From the human T2T-CHM13v2.0 reference genome, Homo sapiens: a DNA stretch of 64,000 nucleotides. Shown here one piece after another: positions 1 through 14,800 of the stretch (position 1 is the first letter of the stretch; the number at the start of each line of letters is the position of its first letter). The notes under the pieces were generated by a model, which searched no databases, was not told the DNA's origin, and was given only the letters and a program-made list of their open reading frames with translations. The stretch lies in assembly GCF_009914755.1 (NCBI RefSeq), contig NC_060925.1; one strand, given 5' to 3'. Made by a program: the position numbers and the translations under genes.

Positions 1-67
1 GTGGGGCTATCACTATTTCAGGATCAAACTCGGGCACATCCCTCAGCCACCACCTTCGCACGGTTAC

Positions 68-190
68 CTCTCTGGGTTTGTTCCTCCGGCAGCGCTTATC
101 CTGATCAGTGGCTCTTGAACCTCCTGGGGGGACTGCGGAATCTCCGGGGCTGCCCGCCTGCCCAGCAGCACCTTCAGCAGCCTCTGGCCG
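68..190 (-). other. ASCL5: Probable non-coding first exon / 5' end of ASCL5 (upper boundary approximate)
   Basis: Minus-strand donor GAG|GTAACC (GT at 67-66) in a GC/CpG-rich stretch. Identity comes from recalled gene order (ASCL5 lies just downstream of TMEM9 on the same strand); no ASCL5 coding sequence is in the window. Confidence 0.4.
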
Positions 191-1020
191 GGCTTTCCTG
201 CCACAGCACCGGGAGCCAGGTACACTTTACCTGATTCAACTTCAAACGGCAACACACCCAGAAGGGGAGGGAGGAGGGGCGGCAGGGGGTGGGGGCTCCT
301 CTGATCTGGGATCAGCTCCCAAGAAGGAGAGAGGGCCACTCCTGGCCTCCTGTGATTGGCTGCCCTGAGTCTGGGCAAGTGACATGCAGCTCTGGGCTGG
401 AGCCTAGGAGGAGTGGGGATGCTGTCCTCTAGGGCGCTGCCCTGCTGAGAGCCAAGGGAGGGGGATGCATCTGGCCCAGCTGGCAGGGAGCCTCAGATAG
501 CCTCTGGATGGAAGTCCATACAGCAGGAGGGACTTGAATTAGCGCGTAGGAAATGCGTCGTGAGCGTGAAGGGCAAGAGACCAGGAACACGCAGGGAGTC
601 TCTTTTTATGGGGGAAGTCCTTATGGTCAGGAGAAGACAACACTCTCTCTGGAGTGGCTTTCATGATACCAGTTTGGGGGTGGGGACTGTCAGGTGATCA
701 CTGGGCACTCCAGGGGTTGAACCGGGGACTAGGAGGGCTGCAGTGGCTCTCCAGGGACACAGTGCAGGGCTGGGGGGCACTCGCACCGCCAGCCTCCACC
801 AGGGACTGCAGGGTAGCTGCACCGCACATGCACAAAGCTGCCTGAAGCCAGAGCTGGAGGGGCCCGTGGAGGTCACCAAGGCCATCCTCCCCAGTGGCCA
901 GCTGAGGAAAGTGGCACCCAGAGAGGAAAGAGGTGTGCCCAGGGATACGCGGCCCACTAGATGAGCCTCCGGCAAGGCGAAGGCCCAGCTCTGTGTGGTG
1001 AGGCCTGCGGCTCTAGGGAG

Positions 1021-1070
1021 GAGGCCTGTGCTGGGAGCTGGGAGGCCTGTGCTGGGAGCTGGGAGACCTG
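1021..1070. repeat. 21-bp tandem repeat (GAGGCCTGTGCTGGGAGCTGG x2.4)
   Basis: Two perfect copies at 1021-1041 and 1042-1062 plus a partial third. Confidence 0.9.
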
Positions 1071-1239
1071 CGTTCTAGCTTCTGCTTCCCCACCCTCCCA
1101 CCCTCACTCCACATCGAACTCTACATTGTTTCTCTGCAGACAGAAAAAGCCTAGGGACTAGGCTGAGGTGCCAACAGGGACCTCTCTCGGTAGCCGTGGG
1201 GAGGCCCTCCTTTCCGCCACACAGTCACGTATTAGGAAT

Positions 1240-1445
1240 GACAGACAACCACAGCCACTCAGCACTCACTACATGCCAGGCCCTGCTCCCTACACACTCA
1301 CACACACTTATCCCTCGTCACACCCCATGAGAGAAGTTACTATTCTCATGTTTTAGTTGGGGAAATGGAGACAGATTGATTTGCCCAAGGTCACACAGCT
1401 AGGAAAAGTCAGGGCTGGGAATGAACCCTTGCGGTCTAGCCTCCC
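1240..1445 (-). mobile_element. MIR SINE fragment
   Basis: MIR core-like text (GGAAATGGAGACAGA...TTGCCCAAGGTCACACAGCTAG). Confidence 0.7.
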
Positions 1446-2424
1446 GGCCGACACTCCTGGCCACTGCACCACAGTGTCCTTCCCTGTGTGGATCCATTCA
1501 GGACCTGGTCTGAGCTGCCCTCTCACCACTGCAGCAGCAGAGCCTTGGGCAAACCCTCTCTTCACGCTTTTCAGCCCCAGTCGGTCAACACGCAGAGTGA
1601 CATCTAGAGATTCTGTAGTGTACAGATGCAAGATCTGAAGGTCCCTTAGAGAGCGATTGGTTCAGGGCACCCAAACTGGCATCGTCAGCACACAGCTGCT
1701 TCCGTGGTTTCTGCCATTTATAGCATCATTTGTACTCGCTGTTTTCCTAATGATTTTCTTTATATATGCTCACTCCCCGACCCCTTTTTACTTGTCGTTA
1801 GCATTAATATCCACAAAATTGTGAGATGTATGTGCCAATTATGTTTTTTTCTAATACACATTAACGTAATTACATAACTACTACAGTAAAAAGTGTACTT
1901 CTGGGTACCACCTAAAATCGCCTCGCGTGTGTACACCGTGCTTTGCGAGACCACGGGCTAGTTTAATGTGCTCTATCCGGAGAGGATATCTGGAGAGGCT
2001 GAGGCTCAGAGAGGAGGCCTGCCCTGCCCGAGGTCACACAGCGAATAGCAGCGGAGCCAGGGTCAGGGGTCCCGACTCCCAGCCTGGAGCCTTGGCCTCC
2101 GTGTCCACCTGGAGGCAGGAATCAGAGGAGCCCCCAAACCTTCAAGAGCTCAGGCGCCCTCAGAGCCAGCACTGCCTGCAGCCTTGGCTCCATGCTCAGT
2201 TCCACGCCTCAGGGCAGGGGAGCCGGAGGAGAAGTCGCCCCACCTGGAAGTGTGGAGTTGGACCTCAACAAGGGTGGGATCTAGCTGAGGGGTCAGGGTT
2301 TTCTGGAGCCTAAAGCGCCCCTGGTAACACTGAGTAGGAAGTCCCTGTTGAATCTGCAGAACCTTGACTTGATGGCTGGAGGTTATGTGGTGATAGTAAT
2401 AATAGTGACGTGACCAAGAACAGC

Positions 2425-2660
2425 CGACACTTGCTGAGCGCTTACACTGCAGAACTCTTCTAAGTGCTTTATACACATTCACAATGCACTCCCTCCGACA
2501 ACCCAACACAGTCAGTAGTTGTAGCCTCATTTTGCAGTGAGGAAACAGAGCATATAGAGTTTGAATATTTACTCTAAGCTGCCTACCTAGTAAGTGGCAG
2601 TTAGGATTTATGCCCAGGGTACTGGGCTCAGTGTTCGTGCTCTTAGCCACGCCACTTAAT
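2425..2660 (-). mobile_element. MIR SINE fragment
   Basis: CTAAGTGCTTTATACACATT...CATTTTGCAGTGAGGAAACAGAG...GGATTTATGCCCAGG. Confidence 0.7.
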
Positions 2661-3547
2661 TTACTCGGTGGAAGATTGGTCATTTAGGGAGCTTTAGGCC
2701 CCAGCACCTCATTTGTTGAGGATTTACTACAGGCTAGGCCCTGAGGCCTGGTATTATTAGAGATGAGGAAACCGGCTCAAAAGGGGTTCAGGCATTGCCA
2801 AGGGGCAGAGCTGGGTTGAGAACCCAGGTGGCTTCCGGCTTTCGGACCACACTCTGTCCACGGCACCTACTGACTCCCTGCAGCCACACAGGCACTGCCT
2901 GTGCAGTGGGAAACACATGCTCCAGTGTTAGACAGTAAATGTTGGCTTGGGGCATCCCCCCTCTACCGCTTCCATCACTTCTTCAAGCTCAGCTCCCGCC
3001 TCATCCCCTAGGGCAGGGCCTGAGCTGTGGGAGCTGGTGGGGAGATGAGGCAGCTCCTACCAAGGACACAGAGCCTCATGGGGCAGCCTGGGATTCACTG
3101 CCTGCCTGGTACTCAAGACCCCACACCCACTTAGGTGTGCACACATCTGGAGGATCTTTCCAATTCCCTCACTTCCAAGACTCCTGCCAATTGGTTCTGA
3201 GGCTAAAGGCCAGAGGAGCAGACATGGCCTTGAGGCCCTACAGGTCTCAATAAAGAACTCACGCCTTAGGAAATGGGGAGCCCCTGATGGCTCTGAAGGA
3301 GGGAAGTGACCTGGTCTGATTAAAAGCATACTCTCTGGCACTCCTGACAAGAACCGCAGTATCTGGTGAGAAATGGGGAAGACTGGGACAGTGGTAACAG
3401 GGGCTGAGGGGAGGGGACAGATTTGAGGACTATTTGGAGGTAAAGTTGGTGGGACGTTGTGAGTGATTGTACAAGAGAAGAATCAAGAATTGATGACCTT
3501 CAGGTTTCTGGCCTGAACAACTTGGTGGGTGGTGGTACCACCAGTTA

Positions 3548-3850
<303 letters not shown>

Positions 3851-4180
3851 TATATATATAACATATATTATTTTATATTATATATAATGTATATTATAAA
3901 TATTATATATAACATCTATATTATTTTATAATATATAATTGGCTTATTTTATATATAAATATATATTACACATGTATATATTATATTATATAATCATGTA
4001 TACATATATTATATATTTACATATAATTACATAATTTTATATATTAAATATATATTAAACATATGTACTATATATAATAAAATTATAATTTATATATTGT
4101 ATCTATATATAATTGTATATAGATACAATATATAAATTGTATATAGATACAATATATAAATATATATTATATATAAAATA
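3851..4180. repeat. AT-rich (TA)n-like low-complexity tract with internal palindromes
   Basis: ~330 bp almost entirely A/T, lying between the Alu body and its 3' TSD. Confidence 0.95.
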
Positions 4181-4780
4181 AGCCAATTTCAGGACAAAGA
4201 TGAGTTTAATCTTGGTCTTGGGGTGCTCAGGGGCACAGTCCAACTATGCAGCTTGGGGGCTGGTTAGGGCTCAGCTCAGGGGCTGGTTAGGGCCGGGCTA
4301 GAGATAGAGATGAATAAACGCCATGAAACTGCAAAACAGAATAAACTTCCAAAGAGAGTACTTAGAAATTAAATTTTAGATAGAGCCAAGTAGGCTGAGC
4401 ATGGAAGCCTGGGAAACCAACATTCATGGGGACAGGAAGGGACAGTCAGAAAGGCTCAAGAGGTCAGGTCCCAGAAGCCAAGTGAAGAGTGTTATGGAGG
4501 GAGGATCAACACCACCAAATATAGCAGAGAGGGCCAGAAGGACAAGAACCAAAGACACCCTCTGGGCCTGGCGCTCCCAGAGCCAGCTGTGACCTTGCTG
4601 AGCGCAGTTTCAGAGGAGCGTGGAGGGCAAGGTCAGTTGGCAGGGGGTGAATGACCGAGTGCACAGAGACAGGGAGGAGACTCCACTGTAGTCAGGGGTG
4701 GACCTGGAGCCCCTGGAAGGTTCTCAGGACAAAGACTTGAGCATGTTACCAGGCTGAGGAGAAGTGCCAGTAAATAGGGT

Positions 4781-4898
4781 AAGGTTGGAGAAATGATGGC
4801 GGTCCCAGGCAGTATTGGGCAGGGGGGATTGGAGAAATGGAGGTCCCAGACAGTATTGGGGGTTGGAGAAATGATGGAAATACCATGCAGTATGGGGT
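4781..4898. repeat. Degenerate ~35-43-bp tandem repeat x3 (GGTTGGAGAAATGATGG...CAGTATTGGG)
   Basis: Three related units visible. Confidence 0.7.
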
Positions 4899-5390
4899 GG
4901 GCGGTTGGCTTTGAACAGGAACACACTATCCCCAAGGCTGTAGCAAAGGCAGTCAGGATGAGTATGAATGAAGAATGATTTAACAATGGGGCTGAGTTAA
5001 GAAATCACTCCATTTTCTTGAAGTCATAAGCAAGATTTTCTAGGGAAGGGAGACGGGGAGACAGGAAGGTTGTCTAGTGGCCTCAAGAGTGAGCCTCATG
5101 GGAGGATTATTGGCCCTCATGGGGGAAGGGAGGGGGTGGAGGCCATGCACCTGCCAGGGCACCCTCAGCCTCTGTGGCAGCACTGGGCTGCCCAGGGAGG
5201 AGCAGGGAAGTCAGACTGGGTGGGATTGGGGTTTTGCTGGCAGATGTGTAACAATGGATGCCAGGAAATGAGAGGAGGAGGAGGACCAAGTCGGGCTAGG
5301 TGAGAAATGAAGGAAAGGCCACGAGGAAGCAGGCTGGCCTCTCCATCAGCCTCCCTGTGAGCCACACGAGGGATGAGTGCTGGTCTCTAA

Positions 5391-5831
<441 letters not shown>

Positions 5832-6570
5832 AAGTTCTGTTCCTTTTACATCATACGAGACAGGGTGAAGAACGTCATTTCTGATCTTTTCCATCATTGG
5901 CTGCAGGGGTCTTCATCTCTGTTCCAAATACCAGCCAAGCAGTGTGCTCACCCCTTTGCTGGGGATCTCCGCCCCTTCATATTCACAGAAAGATGAAGTG
6001 TACTCTGCCATCGTCTGAAAATCGGGTTTTGTGTGTGTGAAGTTGAGACACAATGAGACGTTTGGTTACTAGTTGAATCCTTAGTAAAGTGAACAGTCAC
6101 TCCTAATCTTTTATAAATGTTCATATACTGGACTTATAGTTCGGCTTATTTATAGTTAACAACAGTTGTCCCAAAAACCACCAAAGCCAGTTTGGATCAT
6201 CTGCAGGACTTACCCAAGCCTCAGAGAAATATAGCACTCAATGTTTCCCCCAGGGCATGTGGTTTTACAGGGGAGACCTGGCAATGTTAGGCACCAATTT
6301 CTGGCCTGGTTATTCTTGCTAAGTTAATACACCCACCTGCCCACCTTTGGAAAGTGCTGCTTTTGTATGCCTCTTGAAATAAGAGCATCCCCATCCTGAA
6401 AGAATAAAATAGCCCACTGTAGCTTCCACAGCAGTACTTGACCCTGGTAGGCACTGAGCAGCTGTCTAGTAAATGACCCAGTAGAAATGTTGTCAGCACC
6501 AACTCCTCTGTCCCAGCCTTGCATCTGGGGGCACATCTATCGCTTGCTAGCCCTACCACAAACTTCCTAA

Positions 6571-7123
<553 letters not shown>

Positions 7124-7753
7124 CACAAAGGTTCTTAATCCATGTTTATTTGGACAACCCTGATGACACCAGATCAGCTCAGTCCCTCTAGATGCCTTGC
7201 CTCTGCCTGGGTCTTGGACATGCCCTGCACCGCACATCCATACTGGAGCTGACGCAGTGCTGGGCTCCCCTGGATGTCCCTGTTGAAGCTGCTGGCATTT
7301 CCTTCTGTATGGGGCAGCTCGTTTTCTAGCTGCCCCCACCCACCCCTCTCCAAATACCTGTTGGTTTTCATTTGGGGATACTTACAGGTTTTGCAGGGAG
7401 CGCTATTTACTGTGTCTGTAGGATATTAGGATGAATCACGCACTGTTCAGTTTCAGAGGAACTGCCCATAAACATGAAGTAAAATCTCAGGATAACTCCC
7501 AAGGGCCAGTTCACCCTGTGCTCCTTGCCCCAGCCTACCCACCTCTTTCCTAATCAGGTGAGGACTTCCAGCAAGCCGTGGCCTTGGCCTGATTGCACTG
7601 TGGCTGGCTCTGCCACGGCCGCCTGGACTTCCCAAGGCTCTGCCTGTCTGGACCTAGCAAAACGCAATGCTCTCTGTCCCCTCTGGGATACTACATTTAC
7701 CAGGTCACTTGTGAAAAATTCCTAGTTCCCTAAATCTCTTAAAAACCAGAAAG

Positions 7754-8645
7754 TGAGAGAAATAAAACAATTTAATGATGGCTTCCTTGATTTACACACA
7801 ACTCTAAGACAAGAGGACAAAATTTTCTCTCCATGCACTGGTACAACGAAGTTCAGGGACAAGAGGCAACCCAAGTACAGGGGCTGTGGTGTTCAGATCC
7901 ACGCTCAGCCTCGAGTCTCATGTTCCAACCGACCGTCTGGCTCAGTGACTGTGGACACTGGGGAGAGGAGGGACTGCCCAGACCCCTCAAGTGCAGGTGA
8001 GGGGACCGGCAGCAGAGTATGCATGGGCACTCCATGCCCCAGTGCGAGAAGTGCACAGGGGACAGCGAACACCAGCTTCCAGTGCACCCTGAAGACCCAG
8101 TGGGCTCAGGGGGCCCAGCTCTCCCATCAGAGCTGTCCTCAGGGCTGGAGCTGGGGCTGGGGCTGAGGCGCTGGGGCTGGGAGGGAGGTGGTGATAAAGA
8201 ACCACTGCAGAAAGGAACACATGCTGAATGCTGGGCCATGCTTTCCTCCCAGACACTGAGTTCCTGAAGACCCAGCTTTATCTTCCAAGGGTAACAACAT
8301 TCCCAAGACTCAGAGCTGGAAGGCGGCAAGAGTGGAGCCAGGAGAGACAGATCGCATCCACTCCTGAGGCCGCCTCGAATGTCTCCATTCCCTTCTGGCC
8401 TGCCTTCCCCCTCCCTTCAACCCCAAAGACCCAAGAAGACAACGGAGATCAGAGACCACATCCCTCTTCCCTAATCAAAATAGCCAAGTACAACATTTCT
8501 AAAGTTAGGGAGAAGGAGGAAAAATGCCACAGGCTTTTAAAGGGAAGACTGGAACCGAGGGAAGGGAGAAGTAGCCCCCTGCTTTGTCCAGCCTGGAAGC
8601 TGGCAGCCATGGTGTTGGGGCCTTGACCCAACCACACCAGCCCAT
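7754..8645 (-). other. TMEM9: TMEM9 3' UTR
   Basis: Follows the TAG stop at 8648-8646 and ends about 17 nt after an ATTAAA signal. Confidence 0.8.
7771..7776 (-). terminator. TMEM9: TMEM9 polyadenylation signal ATTAAA
   Basis: TTTAAT on plus; on minus it is followed by a CA at ~7755-7754 and a U/GU-rich downstream tract. Confidence 0.75.
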
Positions 8646-8894
<249 letters not shown>

Positions 8895-10445
8895 TTACCT
8901 TCCCCAGACTGGGAGGCTGGGCCTCCCCAAGTGCTGCAGGCTGAGGACCTTGCCTTGTCATCTGCAGAGCTGAACACAGTGTGCCAGGTCTGCTGGAAGC
9001 CTTAGTGTCTGTAGCATCTGCAGGATGGGGCCCCTGCCCCTCCCTGGGGCCTGGGAAAGGAAGCACTCCAGGAAGAGTAGGTTCTGCTGGGGCTCCAGTT
9101 ACTGCCACACAGCTAGCTCAAGGGAGGTTCCCAGCCTGAACCCACCCCTCACCATGCCCCATTCCACTATTTCTAACTCTCAAGAAGGATGCTAAGTATA
9201 GGCTTCAAGACCTCACTTAGGCAGAGGACTTGATGACATCTGTTGTTTCAGCAATGCACCGAGGTGCCCCCAGGGCTAGTACTAGGCTAGAGAACTCCCC
9301 TGCCCTCCACGCCATTGCCCAGGGGACAGGAAGAAGGCCCAGGGGCTAGGGTCTGGCTACCCTGAGATGGCAACACATCTGCTCCAGATGGGAGGGGGCC
9401 TACTGAGGAGTCTGCATAGATCCAGATCCATGGGATCTTAGTTTCCCTGGGAAAGAGGGATGTGACATCACTCAGGGAGTCTGACAGGGATGGAAATTCA
9501 GAGCCGCCCCAGCATTCCCTTTGCAGAGCCCTCTCTGGCCCATTCCCTCCTTTGATAGCTGAGGACAGCTCAGCTTCCTCCCTATCTGACTCTGCTGATC
9601 CCCTTCCCCTTTGCTTTCAGAACTGTTGCTGCCGTCAAAAGCATCCTCCCCTAATTACCACTTCTCTGCCTCTGAAGCTCCGGAGCCTCTGCATTTCCTG
9701 CAGGACCTGAACCTGATCTTTGGAGAGAATTAGAGCTGAGGGCCAGGCCCACACCCCCGTGGGGATTTCCTCCCTAGCTTTCCCTGCCTCTCATCTCCTG
9801 CCACACATCTCTTAAGGGATTAGTGCACTTCTCTAAGCCCAGAGCCGCCCAGTAAATGCAACTTTGCTTCTAATGCCCCAAGCTGGCACGGCTTCTGTCA
9901 CCATGCAGCTGCTACGCTGGGGCGAAGGGGGGTGGTGAGGTGAGGGTAGGGTGGACAGAGAACAAGCTGGCAGTGAGGAGGCTGGGAGAGGGTTCATCAT
10001 CATCCTCTCAGAGCTCTGAGGACTTCATCTTGTGAGTGCTCCTCTCTAAGCTGCGTTAGAGATGGACACTGCCTTCTGGGAGCCTCCCGCCCAGGTCCTG
10101 AGGAAGGCTTCCTGTGCCAGGCTAGGTGAGGCTCAGGCAACGCCTGAAAGGCACGTGTGGCCATGTCAGGCAGGGGGCATACTGAGCTTGGAATTAGGAC
10201 CCCTGGGTTCTGTTCCTGGGCTGGGGACCACCTGCCCCTTCCAGCCTCCCTAGGCTCGCGTCCCAGGTGGAACTACAGATCCACAGCGGGGGCTGGGAAG
10301 GAGACATGGCCTCAGTCACTTATGAGGCTATGTGTCCCTGAACAAGTTACTTTATTTCTCCAAGCTTCAATTTAATGTAGTAAATGTAGTCATTGAGACT
10401 TTTTTCTGCTATACGGTCATTAGGAATTATAGTTACCAAATTATC

Positions 10446-10447
<2 letters not shown>

Positions 10448-10490
<43 letters not shown>
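10448..10490. repeat. (CA)n microsatellite
   Basis: About 21 CA units. Confidence 0.97.
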
Positions 10491-10494
<4 letters not shown>

Positions 10495-11624
10495 GAAAAG
10501 AAGTTTCATAAAACAATACTTAGTGTAATGCATTCTGATATTCTTTGCTCTGTTCCATTCCATTTTTTTAAAAATCCTGGTCATGACTCACAGAATTCAT
10601 TTCATGACCTAATGGCTTGCTTGAAATACACTGGTTTAAGATTAGTAGATGGGTATGGCAAAGTTAAATAACACACATATAAAGCACTTACTATCCTGGC
10701 TGTCACAGAGCTAGGGCTCAAGAAATGTTTGGTTTCTTTCTTCCCTAGGAGCGATGACTAATATCAGAGCCTAGCTCTGGAAGCCACTAGGCAGTAAGGC
10801 TGGCGGCTGGCTGCCAGGAGAAAGCCTGTGAAAACTGCCATGGCTGCTGCCCCTCCTTCCAGTTCCATGCCTTCCCTGTTCACTGTGCTGACTGAGCTGG
10901 CCACAGTGCTAAGACCAAGCCTCCACCCAGTCCTGCCTCAGTGTGGCCGTCTACATGAGGTGGGCACTAAAGACCCATCTGGGAAGCTATTGGCCCACCG
11001 GGACTTGGCTCTGGGGGCTGGATTGCCTTCTCTTCTTCTTTCCATTCCCAATCTCATCCTTTCTGGGACCATCTTTCTCATGACAGGGCTCCAGTGTGTG
11101 TGTGGGGTGGGGTGCTACGCTTGGAAGGGTGGGGCAGCTTTAGCCCTGCCCTCCTTCCACTGCTCTGTATCTCAGGGGAGCGTCTTGAGAAGGGGAAGCC
11201 AGGGAGAGCCCAGAGCACAGCATTAAGGGAACATGCTGAAATTCACCACATTACCACAGTATCATTTGTTTTCCCTTCATGTAAAGTCTTAACAAACAGC
11301 TCCTAAGTGGGGGAAAGCTGCCACTGAGAGGCTGAGTTTCCATCGCTAATAGTCTGATTAAAAGGTATTAAAGACTCCACATCTGTTTCAGAGACAGCCC
11401 AGAGTGGGGCCTCATCCTTGCTTGCTCTGCAGCAAGTATGGTGGGTGGAAGTGGGAGAAATGCCACCAGTTCCTCCCCTCTCCCTCTGAGGCTGGGCCTC
11501 CGGTTAACTCGGGAGCAGAAGGGCAGTTAGGAGGGGAGGCGGGTGGAGCCCCTCCCAATCAGAAAAAGAGCTTGGACATGGATGGATTCCCAGGAGGTCC
11601 CCAGGGGGACCAGACCAGTGTGAC

Positions 11625-11830
11625 TATGACAAGTGCCACTATGTGCCAGGCGCTCTGCTAGGCACTTTACACAGATTATTCCCAGGCTTACAACACTGGC
11701 AAATGGGTAAAACCATCCCCTATTGTAGCTGCAGAAACTGAGGCTCTGAAAGATGAATCATCTTGCTGCCCAAGGCTGCATGGCTGTTTAGTGGCCAAGT
11801 CGGAATTTGAACCCATGTACGTATATCTCT
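11625..11830 (-). mobile_element. MIR SINE fragment
   Basis: ATGTGCCAGGCGCTCTGCTAGGCACTTTAC...GAAACTGAGGCTC...GAATTTGAACCCA. Confidence 0.7.
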
Positions 11831-14800
11831 TATCCTAGGACCCAGCTGGATCCTTCTTTGGCTGGTTTCTCCTAACAGGGAGCCAGCATGGACAACCAAA
11901 GAGACAGGCTGGTATATTTCCCCACAGCTAGAGCAAGAACAGAGCACTTCTAAAGGAACCAATGCTCAGGACATCAAGCGAGGCCCTCTTCTCCACACTG
12001 GAAGGACCCAAGTAACTGTGTGGATAAGCCCCAGCTGATCAAACTAGCCCTGAGCCCTTCAGGCCGTCCCAGATGAAACCCTCTTCAGTCTGCCCAGAAG
12101 CACTGGTTCTGAGCTGGCACTGGACTTGGCCAAAGCCTGATGACAAGGAGACAGGGAGAGTGAGAACCCCACCTCAGGCGGCTCTCCTCTCTCTGGCTGC
12201 TCCTCCTCCCTCCTCCCCAATCCCAGGCACAGGAGCATGACCAGGTGGTCTCATCACTTACCAGCCACTCAGCAAAGCATGGTCCTAGTGCAAAGCCCTT
12301 CAGCAAGAGGACTATACAGCCTCTCTGAGTTTTCCATGTTTGACCCAAGTCCTTGCTGCTGTTGCTGAGTCCCACTGCACCTCTGCTGCGAGGCTCTCCC
12401 TGACCCCTGCACGCTGCGGCTAGGGCCACCTTCCTATGACACACCAACTCATGCTGTTTCCCTGCCCAAAAACCCCAGCTGGGACCCACCTGCTCACAAA
12501 TAAAACCCTGCTGGGCCTGACATTCAAGGGCACTCCCAGCCTCACCTCCCCCCTTACCCCCCAGCCCAGCCTCTGGCCACACTGGTCCATGCATCCTCTG
12601 TCTACCTGCGGTGATCCTCACTCAGGCCCTTGTGCACGCTGCCCCTCAGGCTTCCCTCCAGCAATCATGATGCTACTTAAGTATTAACACCTGATTGAAA
12701 TAGCGCATTCTTAAGGACGAGCAAACACTTGTAAAGCTTCCATACACACGATCGCAACAGTTATGCTGAGGTAAAAATGATTATGTGTATTCCAGACTTA
12801 GAAAACTAAACCAGGAGGTTAGCACCAAGGATAGTAAATGGCAGGGCTCGGCCCCTCCCAGGACTGTGATTAACCACAATGCTGTGCTGCCCCACTGGAG
12901 GCTCTAGAAGCGTCTGTTGAACCGCACATCTTTCTATTCTGCCCTCAGGGGAGGAGGCCGACTGGATTGCCCTCATCAGTGTGTCTGTTCCGTGTTTCAC
13001 TGTCAGCTTCCCAGGGCTGGGGTCCTCAGAACACAGCTGCCACCCATGTGCAGACAGGAGGGGAGACTGCTCCTCAGTGGCCCGAGTCTTCTCCCCGGTG
13101 CCTGCATGTTCCAGTTCCCATCATCATCATCACCTTTCCTTGATTTCCCTGTATACTCTCTCCCAAAGGGGGCCCAGAACTCTACCCACTGCCCCAGCAG
13201 GGTGAGCACTTTGAAGACCTCTCCAGAGCTTGGGCCCATGCTGTGAGCAGCGACATCCCCAGCCTCAGAGAAACCATGTGTCTCTCTTCAAAGAGGGCCC
13301 AACCTGCACATCTAAAACAGCTCTGTTTGCCGTTTCTGCCCCAGCAAACATGCTTGCTTCCTCCTTTCAAAGGACGTCTGAGCCCAGGGATTACGCCTAA
13401 TGCTGCTGGAATCCCAGGGGAGGCAGCGCCCAGCAATCAGGGCCTACTGAGGCTCTGCCAGCGCTTTCAAAGGGAACATGACAAGCTTTCATCTCCCTCC
13501 ATGAACGGGGCTGAGGCTGAGGGGGAGGCCTCCTCTTCCTCTTCCAGTTCTTTACCCCCTGGGCAGGAGAGCTCCTGGTCACAGGAATTGGGGAGAAGGA
13601 ACCAAGGGGTCCCTAACCCTGAAAAAATGCCCTGACCTCCAGATCTCACCCCTAACTGGGTCCCAGACTCCTGGGGCGTAGGGCCTGAAAGCTCCTGGAG
13701 CCTAGACAGAATTTTCCTTCTAAAGTCATCGAGTTGTACAGGCCTAGGCGAACTTTCAAGGAACCCAAGAGGCCATGTCCTGACTTTGTTCCTCTTGGGG
13801 TGAAACCCAGAGACATGGCTACAGCCTAGATGCTGCTGCCGCTCAGCTGAATGCCTGCCCCCCAGCCCCATGTTTCCCCACATCCCTTTCCTCTGTGCAC
13901 TGAGAGGGGCAGTAGATTATCCCTCGTCGTCCAGGACTAGGGCCCCCAGTCTCTGTAAAGACAAGCTCCTTGGGTTCTGTCCAGCCCCAATGCCCTGTTC
14001 ATCCTCCCTGCAGTTCAGCGGTCACTCTCCCAACCACCCTGAGTGGGCACTGAAAATCCCCCTCTGCCAGGAAGCCTTCCTTCCCAGACTAACACAACGA
14101 GAAGGGTAACTTTCCGACCCCTTGTCTAGTAAAGAGGGGCCTCCCAAGGCACCTGACTTTTCAGCTGACCACCCGTCTTACGAAGCCAGATCTTACTGCC
14201 AGCCTTTACGTTTCCTGCTGCTTTACCTGCTTTTGGCCGTCTTGGGGCTTAAACCCCCGAGGGCAGACATAAGGTCTGTGCAAATCTCAACACTGTGCCA
14301 CCTGCAGGTTTTCTGAATACACTGAGAAAAGCAGAGTTGCTGAACCACAGACATCTGTGACCTGGAGACCACACAGAATCACAGGAGGTGAGGGGATAGA
14401 GAGATGATGCCAAAGAACGGGACTGGGGGCACTTCCTTACCCAGCCAAGGGCACCCAATGAGATCTACCTGCCCCAGGCCACAACCAGCGAGAGTTGGCT
14501 GCACCCTAGGTCAGGGTATCAAAGAGATTAAACACAACTTTTTATGAGCTTTTAGAACCTCAGGTGAGAGGTGAGGGCGTGTCATCCTGTCCATCCCAGG
14601 GCCGCAACTTCCCCTACAGGAGGGAGCATGGCTCGCCAGCTTCTATGTGCTGCAGCCTATCACAGCCTACTGTCCTCCCAGGCAGTCCTGCCACAGTTAC
14701 CAAATCTAGCCCTTCTTCCTCCCAAGGCCCCCTCATACAAACAGGCTTCAAATGAGGAGCACTCCAGGTCTCCTGGGGGTAAGAGAGACCTGGGTTCATG

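Noticed and set aside
7753-8166. 137-aa plus-strand ORF antisense to the TMEM9 3' UTR
   Set aside because: GTG start, no promoter or splice support, no recognisable domain
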